DNA of 63,155 bases, counting the filler, from Choristocarpus tenellus KU-1152 (taxonomy: Eukaryota > Protista > Phaeophyceae): assembly GCA_964200185.2 (NCBI GenBank). It is 9 parts of 9 records of this genome, joined end to end, with 100 filler letters (N's around TTAATTAATTAA, not from the genome) between each part and the next. Parts side by side here need not be neighbours in the genome. Positions count along the whole stretch, not along the records: positions 17,651 to 26,737 come from CAXNAD020003999.1; positions 26,838 to 31,719 come from CAXNAD020012684.1; positions 31,820 to 34,760 come from CAXNAD020023488.1; positions 34,861 to 39,275 come from CAXNAD020014663.1; positions 39,376 to 43,342 come from CAXNAD020016876.1; 4 more parts are not named here. One strand, given 5' to 3'. The position numbers and the translations under genes are program-made. The notes below the pieces were generated by a model. It did no database searches. It was not told the DNA's origin and saw only the letters and a list, made by a program, of their open reading frames with translations. Of the stretch, positions 25,924 through 39,484 are shown piece after piece. Numbering within the stretch: position 1 is the stretch's first letter; each line of letters begins with the position of its first letter.

Positions 25924-27677
25924 CTGTTGTATGAAGTTGACAATGGAAATTTGTAAGTGGAGTTGTAGAGTATATACGCAACAGATCATGTATCCGTATT
26001 AGTTATTGATAATGAAATGCCTCAAATCAAAGGATTAGACTTTTTAAAGCATTTATTACCAGTGGATTTTTAGGGTTAATGAACTGATTATTAGCAAGAA
26101 GTTCTAGTCTGACTATTACTCCCTCGGTTATATCAATTTTTTCTGCCAGAAGGGGTAGAGACTGCACTCTCTATCAAGCGAGCTGGAAGAGATGCTAAAA
26201 TATTATGTGCGCTAGGAGCATTCATATAACTGTCATCAAGTATTGCAAGGAGCTATTGTAAAAGCAGGTTTCCGTTCATGTTGCTTCTACTTTAGCTCTA
26301 GCAGGAAAAAAGGTTCTACTATCATGCTTAAAACCCTTGCAGGTAAGGTAACAGAATATATGTTTATAGATGCAACTCCTTCAGATTATATATTGTTTCT
26401 TTTTGTGCCAACTAACATTTTAGTTTTTTCTATAAATTTCTGTTCTCCCTGCCCTTTGAATATTGTGATTTAAGGTATCAATATAATTTTTAGTAAAAGT
26501 GAGAGTTTATGAAGTAAACTGAGTTTTGTGGGCGGGAGAATTCTGGTTGGCTGGGGGCACAGGATAAGAACGTGGGGAAAAAGAAAATAAATAAGTAGGA
26601 AGAGAAGGAATAGTTGAAGAAGGAACGAGAGAGTTAATGGAAATGAGTGGTAGGTGAAAGCAAAGGAAAGCAGTCAGAAAAATCAGGGGTATGAGACAAG
26701 GAGGGGAGAACAAGGCAACCTCCGAGCAAGCTTCTCCNNNNNNNNNNNNNNNNNNNNNNNNNNNNNNNNNNNNNNNNNNNNTTAATTAATTAANNNNNNN
26801 NNNNNNNNNNNNNNNNNNNNNNNNNNNNNNNNNNNNNGTTAGGTTGCATACGTCGGATGGATAATGTAAGTGCACTTTTCCTAGTTATGGTCCAAATGGA
26901 CACCCTGGTGTTGACCTCCCCCCCCCCCCCAGATACTTTGGGTCTTTCGGACCATGTAATGTTCTCATATGAGAAAGGGATGACCAATCGCTCATATCAA
27001 TCACTAAGGCCTTCGACCTTTCTTTCCGGTTGGGGAGGGGGTACATATGGGAAGCGGAAGCGGTACATACAAGGTAGAGGTGGAGGAAACTTTGACTCAA
27101 CACGAGAAGAAGACGGCAAAGCACGCCCTAAAATCTCTAACATCTATACGGTAACGAAGAGTATTAAGTGACCGAGGGAGAACATGTTTTCGTAGATACT
27201 TTCGCCAGTTCTTGGGAATTGCTTTGCATTTTCTCCGTTTATTGATGTTTGTTGCTTATGTTAGGTGACTTGCGTGAGGGATTAGGGAGTGAGCAGGGCT
27301 TGCTTGCTCTGTGCTGTGTGATAATCGATTTTGACTTTTATGTGTTGGACCGTTTAATGCCGTCACGCTCTCCCTCTCATCCGCAATGGACTACTACTTT
27401 CTCCGTTCAGCATCAGCCCAAAGATTTTCCAGGCGGTCAAAATAGTGCATTGGGGGGGCATCTCTTGTGACTGCTAATTGATTTGCTTCCTTTATCTGTT
27501 GTTCAATCTTTTGCAATTCACCCATATTTCTCTGGATGAAGTTGTAAGTTGACTTGAGAGCTTTTATTTGTCTGTTGTTTGATACTTTTCGAATACAATG
27601 TATAAAATATCCTAAAGCCTATTGTAAAAAAAAAACGTATTTGTCAGCATCCATAAAATGTAACTCTGGGTACCTCT

Positions 27678-28048
27678 TGTTGAACTATCCCACACTGGAC
27701 CAGCGGCTTTTATGGTGCTTTAAAGAAGGACAATGAACAGCTTGATATGGATGAACAAAGGTGGTATTACAAGGGCCTTTGTGGTCTCGATTCCGCTGAC
27801 TGAGCTCATGGGTGAGACTCTAGCCTTAATTACCATCATTACTCTATAGTGTGGGGTTTGTAATCGTCCACACTATTTTACTATGAATTACCTATTTACT
27901 TATCTTAAGTATAGGAAGTGTATCTTGAACATGATATAACCAATCAACACCTGAGTCAGTACATATAATATATCTGTCACTGACTCTCCATCCTATTATC
28001 TAATCCACCGGTGGTGTCTACGTGTATCAGCAGCACTATCTACGAACA
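27678..28048 (+). mobile_element. Solo LTR (371 bp) with a perfect 5-bp TSD, nested in a family 3 MITE TIR
   Basis: TGTTGAAC...ACGAACA termini; CCTCT at 27673-27677 and 28049-28053. Removing it restores GGGTACCTCTCATTAACTTTGACTC. Confidence 0.88.
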
Positions 28049-29721
28049 CCTCTCATTAACTTTGACTCTTAGGTGGCACAGAAAAGGTAGACAAAAGTCG
28101 CATTTCGCTCAGATTATATTTTTCTAGCGTAGCCCCATAAAGGTTTTTTGCAAGACCCACAAAAAGAGTGAAATCTAGTACCATTTTGTGCATTCATACG
28201 CTGCCCTGCACTGTTTGAAGTGATGCTGAACAGTGAAAGTGCTGTTCTGTGACCATTTCACTGCCTTATATAGCAGTATTTTGACCATCCAGAGTCCTAT
28301 GCCAGTCATGTTGTATTTTCCCATTGATGTTTATATTCTCAGTAGTAGTTGCAGTTGTAGTGGTAGTATTGAACATTGACATGTCACGTCGATTGCAGAC
28401 ATGTATGTTGCGCGCACAGATGTTCCATTGTGACCAGTCAACACGATCCGCGGAGTCAGCCTGAAAACCCACCGATTGTATTTTGTTCATGACTGTCACA
28501 CTCAGTTACAGCTTGGGTGTCGAGGATTATGTTGCTTTTCAGGGTCTTGACACTCGCTCAGCCTGCCTCAAGACCTCCTTCTCACGTATTGTAATAAATT
28601 AATTATCGTGGTTCATCTCCCCTACCACACAGAACTCGACTACACTCAACAATGGAACTTGCAACAATCTGTTTTGGGGGGTCACATCAGAAATAGTAGG
28701 GTGACATACCAAGATGACGGGACAAGCATTTCAATACTCTCAGGAGCTTACCTTGATGGGATATGCACCCCCAATCTTCAAGTCTGTAGGTTGATGATGA
28801 GGCGTGTAGAATGTGCCTTTAAGATGGGTAGATTGAGCCCGACCAACTGGAGGTTGGCAGGGTTGGACCCTTTTGCATTCTATGCCATCTTTCTTTACCC
28901 TGCACAATATACTCCATTTCATTGCTTTGTGTAAACAATACTGAACGCTAAATTAATATTCCCTCCTTCCTCACACAAAGTGACGCCACAATTCAGCAAA
29001 GGCTCTTTCTGCAATTGTACAACATGGCATCTTTGTGCCCTTTCTCGATATCCTTACAACACGACCCTGCCTATCTCTCAGTTGGGTTGATTCAGATGCC
29101 TGACAACCAAGGGGTATGATGAGTAGTTAGCCAGACTGTAGGTATGATGATGTAATAGTTCGTTGAAGCTTGATGTGTGACTAAAATCAGACTCAAAGCA
29201 TATCTGCAGAGGGGTGGGAGGCCTACACCAGGGGGTCCATTCGGACCCTGACCAGGAAAAGTGCACTGACATTATCCATCCGATGCATGCAACCAAATGA
29301 CCCAAAAATCGCGGCAAGGAAAAGTAACCCTAGAATGGACAGCCGCCACCCACCCCCAAATACGTTGAGCCTTCAGGTAAAAATTTTGGGAGAGAAAAAT
29401 CACAATTGTAATCGGTAATATTGTGAGTATCACGTACCATACGTGTTATACGAACGCCAACAATTTGTTCTTAAGTCACAGATTTTACACCGTCACTATA
29501 GCAACTTGAACCTTCCCATGTTAGGCCTGTCCATGCATACGTTCCACTCGTGCAGGGTAGAGCGTAGGTAGCGATACATACGATAATTGACTGTCACACA
29601 AGAAGAAAACGTTAACTAACTCAAAACGTTATTAACCCTTATCAGAAGGAAATGAAGGCTTTGAGAAACAAGGCACCGTCATGGAGGTGCAGATGAGAGG
29701 GATTACATTCCAATGTCCTAA

Positions 29722-29979
29722 GAGTGAAAGTATCTTAGAGGGTACAAGTTTTTCCCTGTTTGTCCATTTGGGGCTTGACTTACCTTGGGGTTTATACGAC
29801 TTTCACCTCCTCCTTAGTATTTCGGAGTAGGCTAAATGTTTACGCTATGAAAAGGTGGGTCCGGAACAAGGATATTGACACTTCCTAACATACAAGATAG
29901 TCAAAATTACATCAAAATCGTAACATTGAATTTTGACCCCCAAATGGACGCGGCTCTACCCTCTAAGATACTTTGGCTC
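29722..29979 (+). mobile_element. MITE family 1 copy
   Basis: Same TIRs; flanked by CTAA on both sides. Confidence 0.9.
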
Positions 29980-30821
29980 CTAACTCTTACCGATCCTGAG
30001 TCTTTACAAAAGAGAAATACGCGTACCCCAGGCAGTTTACTTGAACAAGAAGGGGCATTGAAAGGCTGAGAGGTGACCCTTTCCATCCCAGCCCTGTTAC
30101 GACATTTTTGCACTCTGACTGACCCGTGACCAGGTCTGGTTTTCAGTCTCAATGGCTCAGGTCCAGCCCTGGTCAAGACATATTTGATCCGCAGCTTGTC
30201 TAGTATACTCTCTGATAGCCCTAGACCGGTCCTGTTGATCATATTTTAGCGACGTGGGGCTTGTTCAACTACTCCAAATCTAGTGGAAATTTCACAGTTG
30301 AATGGAATTGTCTCGTCGAAGCATGATGTAAACAAAAAAAACACAGAGTACTTCATTTTATGTTTTTTTAGTACTACTTCTCACGTCTCTCACAATTTCC
30401 TCTTTATGATTTTGACAGCTGTAGTGTTGGCAGTCGCCTCCAGCATCAACTTTGTCGAGCCACAACTTTTGATCAGCAACAATTCTTTTCATGAAAATTT
30501 GTTAGTTGTAATCGCATCAGCATGCTTAACTTTATTTCGTGGGTCTCGATTGGTCAACTTGCAGTAATCGTGAGAAATACAGGACCATACTTAAATCAGG
30601 TAGTCCGCGCGCACGGTTCGCACGGGGGTGCCACGCGGCGCGCGAACCGCGCATTCAAGGATGATTTTGACGCCTGAAGAGGTCATCCTCACCCGGAGAA
30701 CATGGGGGTTGTTGTCTCTCCATTCTCTTTCCATTATTTCCCATTTATGCGATGTTGTCACCTGCAGACTAAGGCTCACTCATGGTGGCTCAGACCTTTG
30801 AACCAGAAAATCTATGCGAAG

Positions 30822-31125
30822 TCAAATGAGGTATTCTGAAGGTGCGGGCCTCCTGTGAGACTTAAATGTCTTGTACACCCAGTCCAATTGGATGCACCCC
30901 ATGCCTTTCTCGTTGGAATATATCAGGTGGTAAGCAAAGCTCAACCTGAAGAACCTCTCCACAAATACTCTGGACAGCCCCCCTTTCTCCTTAAGACTGA
31001 CAGGAATGTAGGCTCTCATTCCAGACAATATATAGTCACAGTGGCCTCGTACATAGTGCTTCGCCCGCCCCCAGACCATCTCTATTGAGTTCAATTCACG
31101 TAGTACTTCGGAAGCATTTAGCAGT
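30822..31125 (-). pseudogene. C-terminal fragment of an IS630/Tc1-mariner (DDE_3-type) transposase
   Basis: MLPKY(frameshift)ELNSIEMVWGRAKHYVRGHCDY....FFR...Y....YKTFKSHRR matches the LPK(F/Y)HCELNPIE..W..AK...KSHRR family. Confidence 0.78.
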
Positions 31126-31215
31126 GTTATCGCCGACGCTTAACCAGAATCGTGTACTGTGAGTGGCTTAAACAGTATTAAGCCGAGGTTAGCCCACATA
31201 CCGTTTTGGCGGTGG

Positions 31216-31525
31216 CCAATCTTGATATTTTTAAAAGGGTTACCCAACGATTTAATCGACGATCAGCGTATCAAATGAAAGCTCTGAACCTAAGCTATCA
31301 TTGGTGCAAAGGATTTATTTCGGAAAAATATGTTTGGTCGTGGTAAAATCATTTCGGAACATTTCCAAGGTTATGCCGAAATATTCGGTTAAACTTTAAC
31401 TTTACCAAAAACATTTCCGAAAAAAATTCCTTCCACCAATGATAGCCTAGATCCAGAGCTTTCATTTGTTACACTCTTAGTTGATTAACTCGTTGGGCAA
31501 CCCTTTAAAAAAATATCAAGATTTG
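31216..31525. mobile_element. Palindromic (foldback) MITE-like element
   Basis: AATCTTGATATTTTTAAAAGGGTT..ATGAAAGCTCTG..GCTATCATTGGTG pairs with CACCAATGATAGC..CAGAGCTTTCAT..AACCCTTTAAAAAAATATCAAGATT. Confidence 0.75.
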
Positions 31526-31868
31526 TCTCATCCTAGAAGCGACTGCCAGCACTATATGGGGCATAAACGGTGAAGGAATTTAGAGGTGGAGGTCGAGGGT
31601 GTCAACAATATGCTTTTTATTCATGTGTGAAATATGATTCTGTGGGAGAAACATTGAGTTGTTGAACTATTGTTGGATAATGGGATAATTGATAGTAATG
31701 TTTTTGTCAGGTGACAACGNNNNNNNNNNNNNNNNNNNNNNNNNNNNNNNNNNNNNNNNNNNNTTAATTAATTAANNNNNNNNNNNNNNNNNNNNNNNNN
31801 NNNNNNNNNNNNNNNNNNNCCCCCCCTCCCCCCACTGTGAATTTTGAATTTTGTGTAACTGTCAAAGG

Positions 31869-32048
31869 GTTCGTCTGCAAGACCTGCGCTGGCTGCCCTC
31901 GCTGCTGCCTGCGCTGCAGTGTGTGTTTCCACCTGGAGAGGATGATAGTACCGCCTCTGTATCAGACAAACCCTGCCTCACAAAAGCATCTGGAGCTGAA
32001 AAAAGTGCTAATTCTAGAAGACCTCTTGTCAAAAAAGGGGGAAAGTGA
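31869..32048 (+). CDS. Possible terminal exon of an unknown gene
   Basis: AAG acceptor at 31866-31868 followed by ..VRLQDLRWLPSLLPALQCVFPPGEDDS..KKGGK** near the contig start. The frame is ambiguous because a second frame is also open. Confidence 0.3.
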   Translation, partial: VRLQDLRWLPSLLPALQCVFPPGEDDSTASVSDKPCLTKASGAEKSANSRRPLVKKGGK

Positions 32049-34920
32049 TGAGCAGCAGCAGGGGTTATGAAGCCGACTTCTGCTAAATGTGTTTTGTTTT
32101 TGGAAAATGGAAATATATGGAGGCGTTGTTGCAGACAAGAGGAGTGGGTTTTGTGGAGATTAGAACGGTTGCTTTGGTTGTACTGGTGATAGACTTGGTG
32201 GTTTACTCTGTACTGATATTGATATCATGGTGTGTTATTGGTTTACGGAGGGCTTGTTGGGTTAGGGTTAGGGAATGTGAGGAAGAAGGGAGTTGTTTTT
32301 TTGCTGTTTTGCCCTCGAGGTGTTTTAGGTCACAGTTCGGTTGCTTTTTTTGCTTATTTACTTGAGGAGGCGTGATTGTTGTTGGTGCAGATATTTTTTT
32401 CTGTTTTGTGTGCGAATGTGATTGGTGCTTTCATTCCGGAAAGTGTTGAGCGGATACGAATGGGGTCTTGTTCTCCTTTCTAAGTGTAATTGGATCTTTA
32501 TTCAAGTGAGGAGGGGGAGGGGGAGGAAGAGTTGTGAAAGGAAGGAAGGAAGGGGGAGACGAGAAAGTGTGGGTGGGGGGGGGTACCTGTGCATTGCATG
32601 AAGAGGCAACCCAGGTAAAAAAAAGCGATTGGCAATGGCTGTCGATTTTGAGTTGGTGAGAATTAGATGGGTTTGTTTTGTTCCCTACTTCATTGTGTGT
32701 GTGTGTGTGTGTGTGTTGATGTATTGCATTGAGGAACCTTCACTTCTTGATAAGGAGTTTTTTTGAGGTGCATCCTTTTCGAGGGAGAATGTCGTGACTC
32801 CTGGAACTCCAGTCCTGATTTTACGTTATTCGGCAATGGGCGTGTGGAAAAATGAAAGATGAAATGTTTAGTTGTGTTTTTTAATGAATTTTTTTTGTGC
32901 GTATGTGTGTGTGTGTGCAATCAAAGCGTTCAGCAGTCCATAGGTTATGTGCCTCCCTGCTCCGATGACTCTAGGACATTTGTTGGAGTGCTACGAGGGG
33001 TGACGTGGATGGGAAGAAGCAATAGAGAGTTTCCGCTATTGGGTGGAGGATTGGTTGATATTGCTTCTTCTTCTACTTCTTTGCACTGAATAGTGTCTTC
33101 CTTAAGACGCGCCCCAGTCATGTTGTGATCACTAGAGTCTGAGTTGATTTGATTCGGAAAAGGAAACTATCAATGGATGTACTGTAGAATAAGATGGTGA
33201 CACCTTGGGAGTAAGGACACACAGTTTGGTCGTAGTACTATTGCTAAGGATTTGTGGAGTCTGCCTGAAAGAGGTGTTATTGTCTGGGAGTTTGCAAATG
33301 GAAGTTTAGGGTTGGTTCAGAGAGTCTTGTTGTTCTGATGATGAGGGGAAATGGTCGAGAAATTGCCATGCCAACGTGTATCTCTTTATTTTCTAATAAT
33401 TTATATTTTTACTTTATGGGTGGGGGATATTGTATGGTGCAATATACAACCCATAGAAAAAAACTTGCTGATGGAAGTATGAGATGCTAGATGACAGTGC
33501 CACGTTGAGACAAATATAATGATAGGATGCGTTTGCCGTTATCTTTGGGAAGGTCTCCTCTGCCCTCTCGTTCTTTGGTTGTATTGGTCGTCTTCCATGC
33601 TCTTCTTCTTGCAGCAGTGGACAGGGTGAGAAGAGTGACTGAGAAAAGAAGAGGGTGGATGATGAGTGAGGTGTCACCTGTCGCAGATAGATTTTTGTTT
33701 AACAGTGTTGGTGCTACTGTGTTGAAGGTGTGTTTTAAGGTTTCAAAAATACATACAAAATGTTTCTTATTTTGTTCTCTAAATTTAAGCTGCTTAGATA
33801 TGTATCTCTATATTGTATGAGTTGGACTATTCAATATGCCATGGAAATAAGGCTTTCGGTGAGTTCTGTGCCGATTTTTGATGGGGGGTTTTGTGTGCTA
33901 TTATTGGATGATGAGGTGTTTTCAAAACTTGATGAATAAATGGATCATGAATAATCTGTAACTATGAAGGAAGGGTGGTGGCAACGAACGAACGGTTACG
34001 TAAATTGAAGCGATTTGCCTGTGTGCAATGTACCTTGCATGGTAGTTGGTGTTCGAGGTGATCACCCACCATGCATGTTCCGCCTTTCAGCAATTTCTTC
34101 TGTGTGTGGCAGTTGGGTGGCTATTGATGATTTCTTATTTCATGGCCTGATTGTATGTAACTATGGGGAGACACAACATGAACTTGCGGTGTGATGCGCA
34201 ACTTGCTTGGATTGCCTGGTTGGTTAGAGAGACTCCGCAGTATGAGACTTTTACCATCTCCATTAAAACAGAATATTAATTCCCATTTGGGCTCTTTCTA
34301 TGCTAAGGTAAACTGAAGTAGGAGTCAGTTTCTTGAATAGGATTTTGTTTAGTTGGTCGCACGGTAGAACTCATTTGTAATAATGTTGATAGTACATTCG
34401 GAATCATTTCGATCGTTCGGGGTAAATGTGCAGCGTCGTCCTGCTTTGATGACTGCCGATTTCGAAGACGGGGGAAAGCAGGAAATTTGCGGATTAACGA
34501 GCCCTTCCCTAACATTTAAGACCTCATTAATTGTAACATGACTGTATTGACTGCGAAAAGGTTCGTGCTCGATCTTTGATTATAGTATCACCTCATGAAA
34601 CGCAATAACCGGCCTGCTTGTCAAGAGTTGATTAATCCACTTGGCCTTAGATCGGCTCGTTAGTAGAGCACTTCGTTAATGTACTAAGTACATGTACTTC
34701 ATGGAACAGGGGATCCTCAAAATTGAGGATGGTGCGGGACTATGAGGATGGTTGTTTTGCNNNNNNNNNNNNNNNNNNNNNNNNNNNNNNNNNNNNNNNN
34801 NNNNTTAATTAATTAANNNNNNNNNNNNNNNNNNNNNNNNNNNNNNNNNNNNNNNNNNNNGGATAACTACACCGGGGGTGTTGGGTAGGAGAAGGCATAT
34901 TAGCTGCCCCACACATGGAT

Positions 34921-37900
34921 TTAGGCAGAGAATTCATTTCCCGCTCCACCATCAGCCCTTGTTGTCCTCATGTTGGACAAAACCTCCTCAAGGCTGGCAA
35001 AGGGTTTGGCCTTATCAGTGAAGGAATAACCCTCCTGTAATCAAGGGAGTTCCACGAGGCTAGTTTTAAAAGGGGAGGAGAAACCTGCAAAGGAGAGGTG
35101 CTCACTGCAGGGAACAGTTGGACAAATAGAAGACAGGCAAAAAGAACTGCTGAGACAACTGCATCTCTCCTTAGATGTAGGATACACATTTGCCAAACAA
35201 TGCTGTTGCACCTCAACAGTAGGAATTGAGATACATCAGGCTCATTTGAAACATGGAAGTCACAAGGAAGACAATATTTTGGGACTGTGATCAGTACCAA
35301 GTGTTATACACGCCTAAACTCTTACCCTTGAGGACAGAGCAGGATCACCAACAAAGTGGAGTGTGACTGCTTTCTTGAGTCCTGTCAGCTTCCCAACAGA
35401 TTTTGCTGCCAGCTTGGAGGATAGATCCTGCAAGAGGATCAGCGGCACAGGACAAGCAGGTTACAAACCTCTCATTTGAGGCTAGTCACTAGTAACAATG
35501 ATCATCATAAGTCCCTCATTGGGGGTGGTGGCATTGGCTAGGGGGGAGGGGGTGGGGCAATAATATACTTTCTTGTATGTCTAAAACAGCTTCATCTGAT
35601 GACTCTCTGGGTAGCATATTTTCTGAAAACCTTACACAGCACAACACCAACGTAACGCCAGCACAGTCATGTTCTCTTACCTCAAGAGTCTTGATGCCCT
35701 TGATATCCAGGGGGTGGAGGGCAGCATTTTCTCCAGCAAGACCACTCTTCACGCACGTTGACCTGAAAGCAAGTAAAGTGATTGTTCAGGGGGTGATGAC
35801 AAGTCTAGGACATGCTGTGAGGGGAGAGCACTCAAAAATCAAGCAGTCAGGTATCAAACCCCAATATATATATATGTATATATATATGTAAGAAACCACA
35901 AAAAAAAAAGAACCATGCCCTTCCCTTTTCACACAGACCCTCCCTTGTGTACACTCTCAGACACTATGGTTCCTCTCACCTGAGGTGGAAATAGTATTTG
36001 GCATACTGGCTGGCTTGGACCTTGACATTGTACTATTTTTTGGAGTTAGTACCCGCCAAGCACCAAAAAGGCAATGGTTCACATCATCCACCCCACCCAG
36101 CCATGCCCACACATACCCCCCCCCCACACACACACACAAGCAAACATGCAGCAAATGAAACAGATCAGATAAATCAGCATCGGTGAAGGCATGACTATCA
36201 CAGCCTTTGATAGGGCGGGGATTGTTTGAGCCAGAACTAACAAAGAATAGGAGACAAAGACATCTATGCCATTTGTCCAGTCAAGCACCTGGCATCAACA
36301 CAATCTACCTGGTCCAACTATCTTTGCCCAATGGCGAGGGACTAGGGATGTAAACCATCAACTCCTTGGTCTCCTCAAATGAAAAAAGGGCCCAGTCATT
36401 AGCCAACAAACAAATCTTTTGAATAATCCCGTTTAAAATATATATATATATATATATTTTCATCGGAACAAGTCAGAAAAACTACTATAAACTTTAGAGC
36501 TTGTCAGTAGGTGAAACATGTAAGGTTCAGACACGTCTTGTCCAGGGATACTACATATACATACATGAAGCGAATAACTGGATACATTATTAAAACCTAT
36601 GGTCGTAGTAGCAATACTCTTGACCTGCAAACCATGTGCTCACTCACATCTCTACAGTACACCACAGGAAACAAGAGGAAGGGAATTATAGAGGGCAGGG
36701 AGGGAACGATGACTCAAAATACACAGTTTGATGTCAGTTATGCTCCCTGAATAAGAGGACAGTACAGAAGTCAATGTCTCTCATCAAGGCCAATCCCACA
36801 TGTTACATAATCCACACATTGAACACCCCTCCCAAGGCATGCCTAACAGGCNNNNNNNNNNATCCCCCACATGAACCCCCCCCCCCGCCAATCCCCCCCC
36901 CCCCCCCCCCCCCCCTCCGTTTCTAACAATAGTTCTACCGATGCTCCTTGCCCCCAACTCCCACTTCTACCCTGATCCATGCCCTTTGTACATAAATACA
37001 TCTCACCCTCAGCGCCTCAAGCACCGCCACCTCAAGCTCATTGATCCTATTGAGCCTGAAGGAAGGACACACAACACTGAAGTCAGCGTTCCACATGCTC
37101 AGGTCATCCCATACCTTTGATGACAACACCAAGGTAGCCATCAACAGGGACTTCCAGTTACCACGGTGCGGCCGAAGCGCCCCCTTCGTCTCCTTCAATT
37201 TTTTACAGCAAGTAGAAGTGGAGAGGGGGGAGGGGGGGGCGAGGAAGGGTGAAAAGCAACAGCGAACCATGCTGGAGTCATGGGCAGAAGGTGCTGGGTG
37301 ACTAGGCCAGCAAAAGGCGGAGGTGATAGGGGGGCACGGGGTTTCGCAACTGCCAAGCAACAATTCATAGTTGTCCTAAAAATCTGACATCCTCGTTTAG
37401 ATGTTCAGAAATGAGACAGTAACTGACTAGTACTAAAGTATGATTCGGGTTGTGTGCAAATCTAGCCTTCTCGGGAGAGGGTGCAGAGCGATCACACCTG
37501 GGTTTGGTGCGTGGCTCCGAAGGTATGAGATCATTTGAAGCATTGGTCACATTTAGAAATACATACAGTTTTGGACAAGCGTTGCGAACGAAAACAACTC
37601 ATGAGTATAAAAAAGTGCTTCAAAGCATACCGGTTGGAAAACTTCCAATACGCATGACTATAATCAAAACATGCACAAAGCACGCTGGGAGCCGAATGGG
37701 ATGGAGTGCTGTGAGGCTATACACATATAGGACCCCTAGGCCGGCAAGGGGACCCTCCGTAGGCAAAACGCCTGCTACAACGTCCCAGATACTTAGGGCT
37801 GACCCTCGAACATGTTCCAAATACTTGAAGAAATGAACAGTGTTGTAGGAGAATCCCTTTCAGCTACATCCATTCTGAACATGAAAACAATACGATCTAA

Positions 37901-39093
37901 ACTAGAACCATGGTCAGTGTTAGTTTATTCTCAGTCAGTTCATTTCTCATAGTACTGGACTGAACCTGTTAATTGTACCAGACCAGCGCGGCCTGGTCCC
38001 ATTGTTGGGTTTGTGTTGGCTCTAGACTCACCATTGATAAAATAAATAGAATGTCGGAACGGCCTCGCCCGCGTAACAGACCCCAGAAATCCCAAGGTTG
38101 TCTCCCACAGTGCACAAAAAAAAATTGGTCCACCCTAATTGCAAAGGTAGACATATCGTGTGATTTTTCTAAGACTGTATTGAGGCAGACTCGCGCCTTT
38201 ATTTCTGATTTGATACGACAGGGCATGTATCCACACATGGGCAAATTGGTTGCCACATCCAACTTGTCATTAAGGAGCTTAACTTTCAGTTGTTCTTTTT
38301 GTGGATACACACCATAGAGCTATGCCAGCCAAACGCTTACCGGAGTATGTATTTTAAAAACAACTGTTTGCTGCACATGGGTTATGGTGGATATCCACAA
38401 AAAAACTGAAGGTTCAACAATGAATCAGGTGAAAAGCAGGTACTTGCACCACTATGTGAAACAAAACTATAGAACACAAATCGGTAAATGTATAGATAGC
38501 CCAAGACAACTGGCACATATGGCTTGTATTCTTGATGCTTGGTGACCAACTTTTCATACACTATAAGAGACAGCCTTAGCAGACTGTGAGGAGGTGTTTG
38601 AACTGGACTTGGCCCATAGACTGGTCCGTTCAAACTTGCCCGAAAGCAGACAGCAGACAGGTTAAAGGCCACACAAAGTGCAGATTGAGCTACAAGGTTT
38701 GCATGGCTGAAATGCAGCAAAGAATCACTGAACTGTCTCTGTGTCATTCCATGACTCAAGAACTCTTTCGAGCTTCTGTGTTTGGTAGGTGATTCTGCAC
38801 CCACAACACCAGCTACAGAATGATCCTTTCACAGAATACCAACTCTCAACCTCAAGAGCGACTCATATTCCAGCACCAAGTAACCATCTGTGTCAAAAAG
38901 GTTCACCAGGTGTTCAGCAACTGAACAGACCTCACCGTGATCAGGCGCTCGATGTATACAAGAGACAGGATGATGCAATCAAAGTTGAGCTTGGTCCTAT
39001 GGAACACATCCCTGTAGTACGCTGTGATCTCAACAAGAGAGGGCAAGGGAGTGGGAGAACCGTCCAAGCAAGGACTATCTTCCAATGAGCTAT
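34921..39093 (-). CDS. CCNY: Cyclin Y-like protein (cyclin box and C-terminus; 5' truncated)
   Basis: Exons 39093-38936, 37192-37007, 36032-35980, 35762-35681, 35427-35326 and 35034-34921 (TAA), phase-consistent. Hallmarks CIILSLVYIERL, NWKSLLMATLVLSSKVWDDLSMWNADF, INELE and YAKYYFHLR. The terminal exon choice (..ASLEEVLSNM..) is less certain. Confidence 0.88.
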
Positions 39094-39484
39094 CTGAATC
39101 TTGGCCACCGTACTCCTGGGGGAAAAGGATTGACCGTGCATGAGAAGGAGGGACAACAAGATAGATTGTAGCAATTTAAAAAAAAAAAGGTGAGGCCAAT
39201 ATCACCTCCACAACCACCTCTACACCGCCCCCTGGACACAAACCAACTCATCCACGTGGTCTGCCCTCCCCCCCCNNNNNNNNNNNNNNNNNNNNNNNNN
39301 NNNNNNNNNNNNNNNNNNNTTAATTAATTAANNNNNNNNNNNNNNNNNNNNNNNNNNNNNNNNNNNNNNNNNNNNCACACCAAAAAAGTGATAATCGAAA
39401 AAAGTGTGAAAAACGGACGCCGACACCCCCCTCCCCCCAGATACTTTGACCCCCCCCCTCCCCTCCCTCCCCACAAGTCCTCAC

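Noticed and set aside
37450-38320. ORFs inside the cyclin intron (faint piggyBac-like TID motif)
   Set aside because: Similarity is too weak and no TIRs were found.
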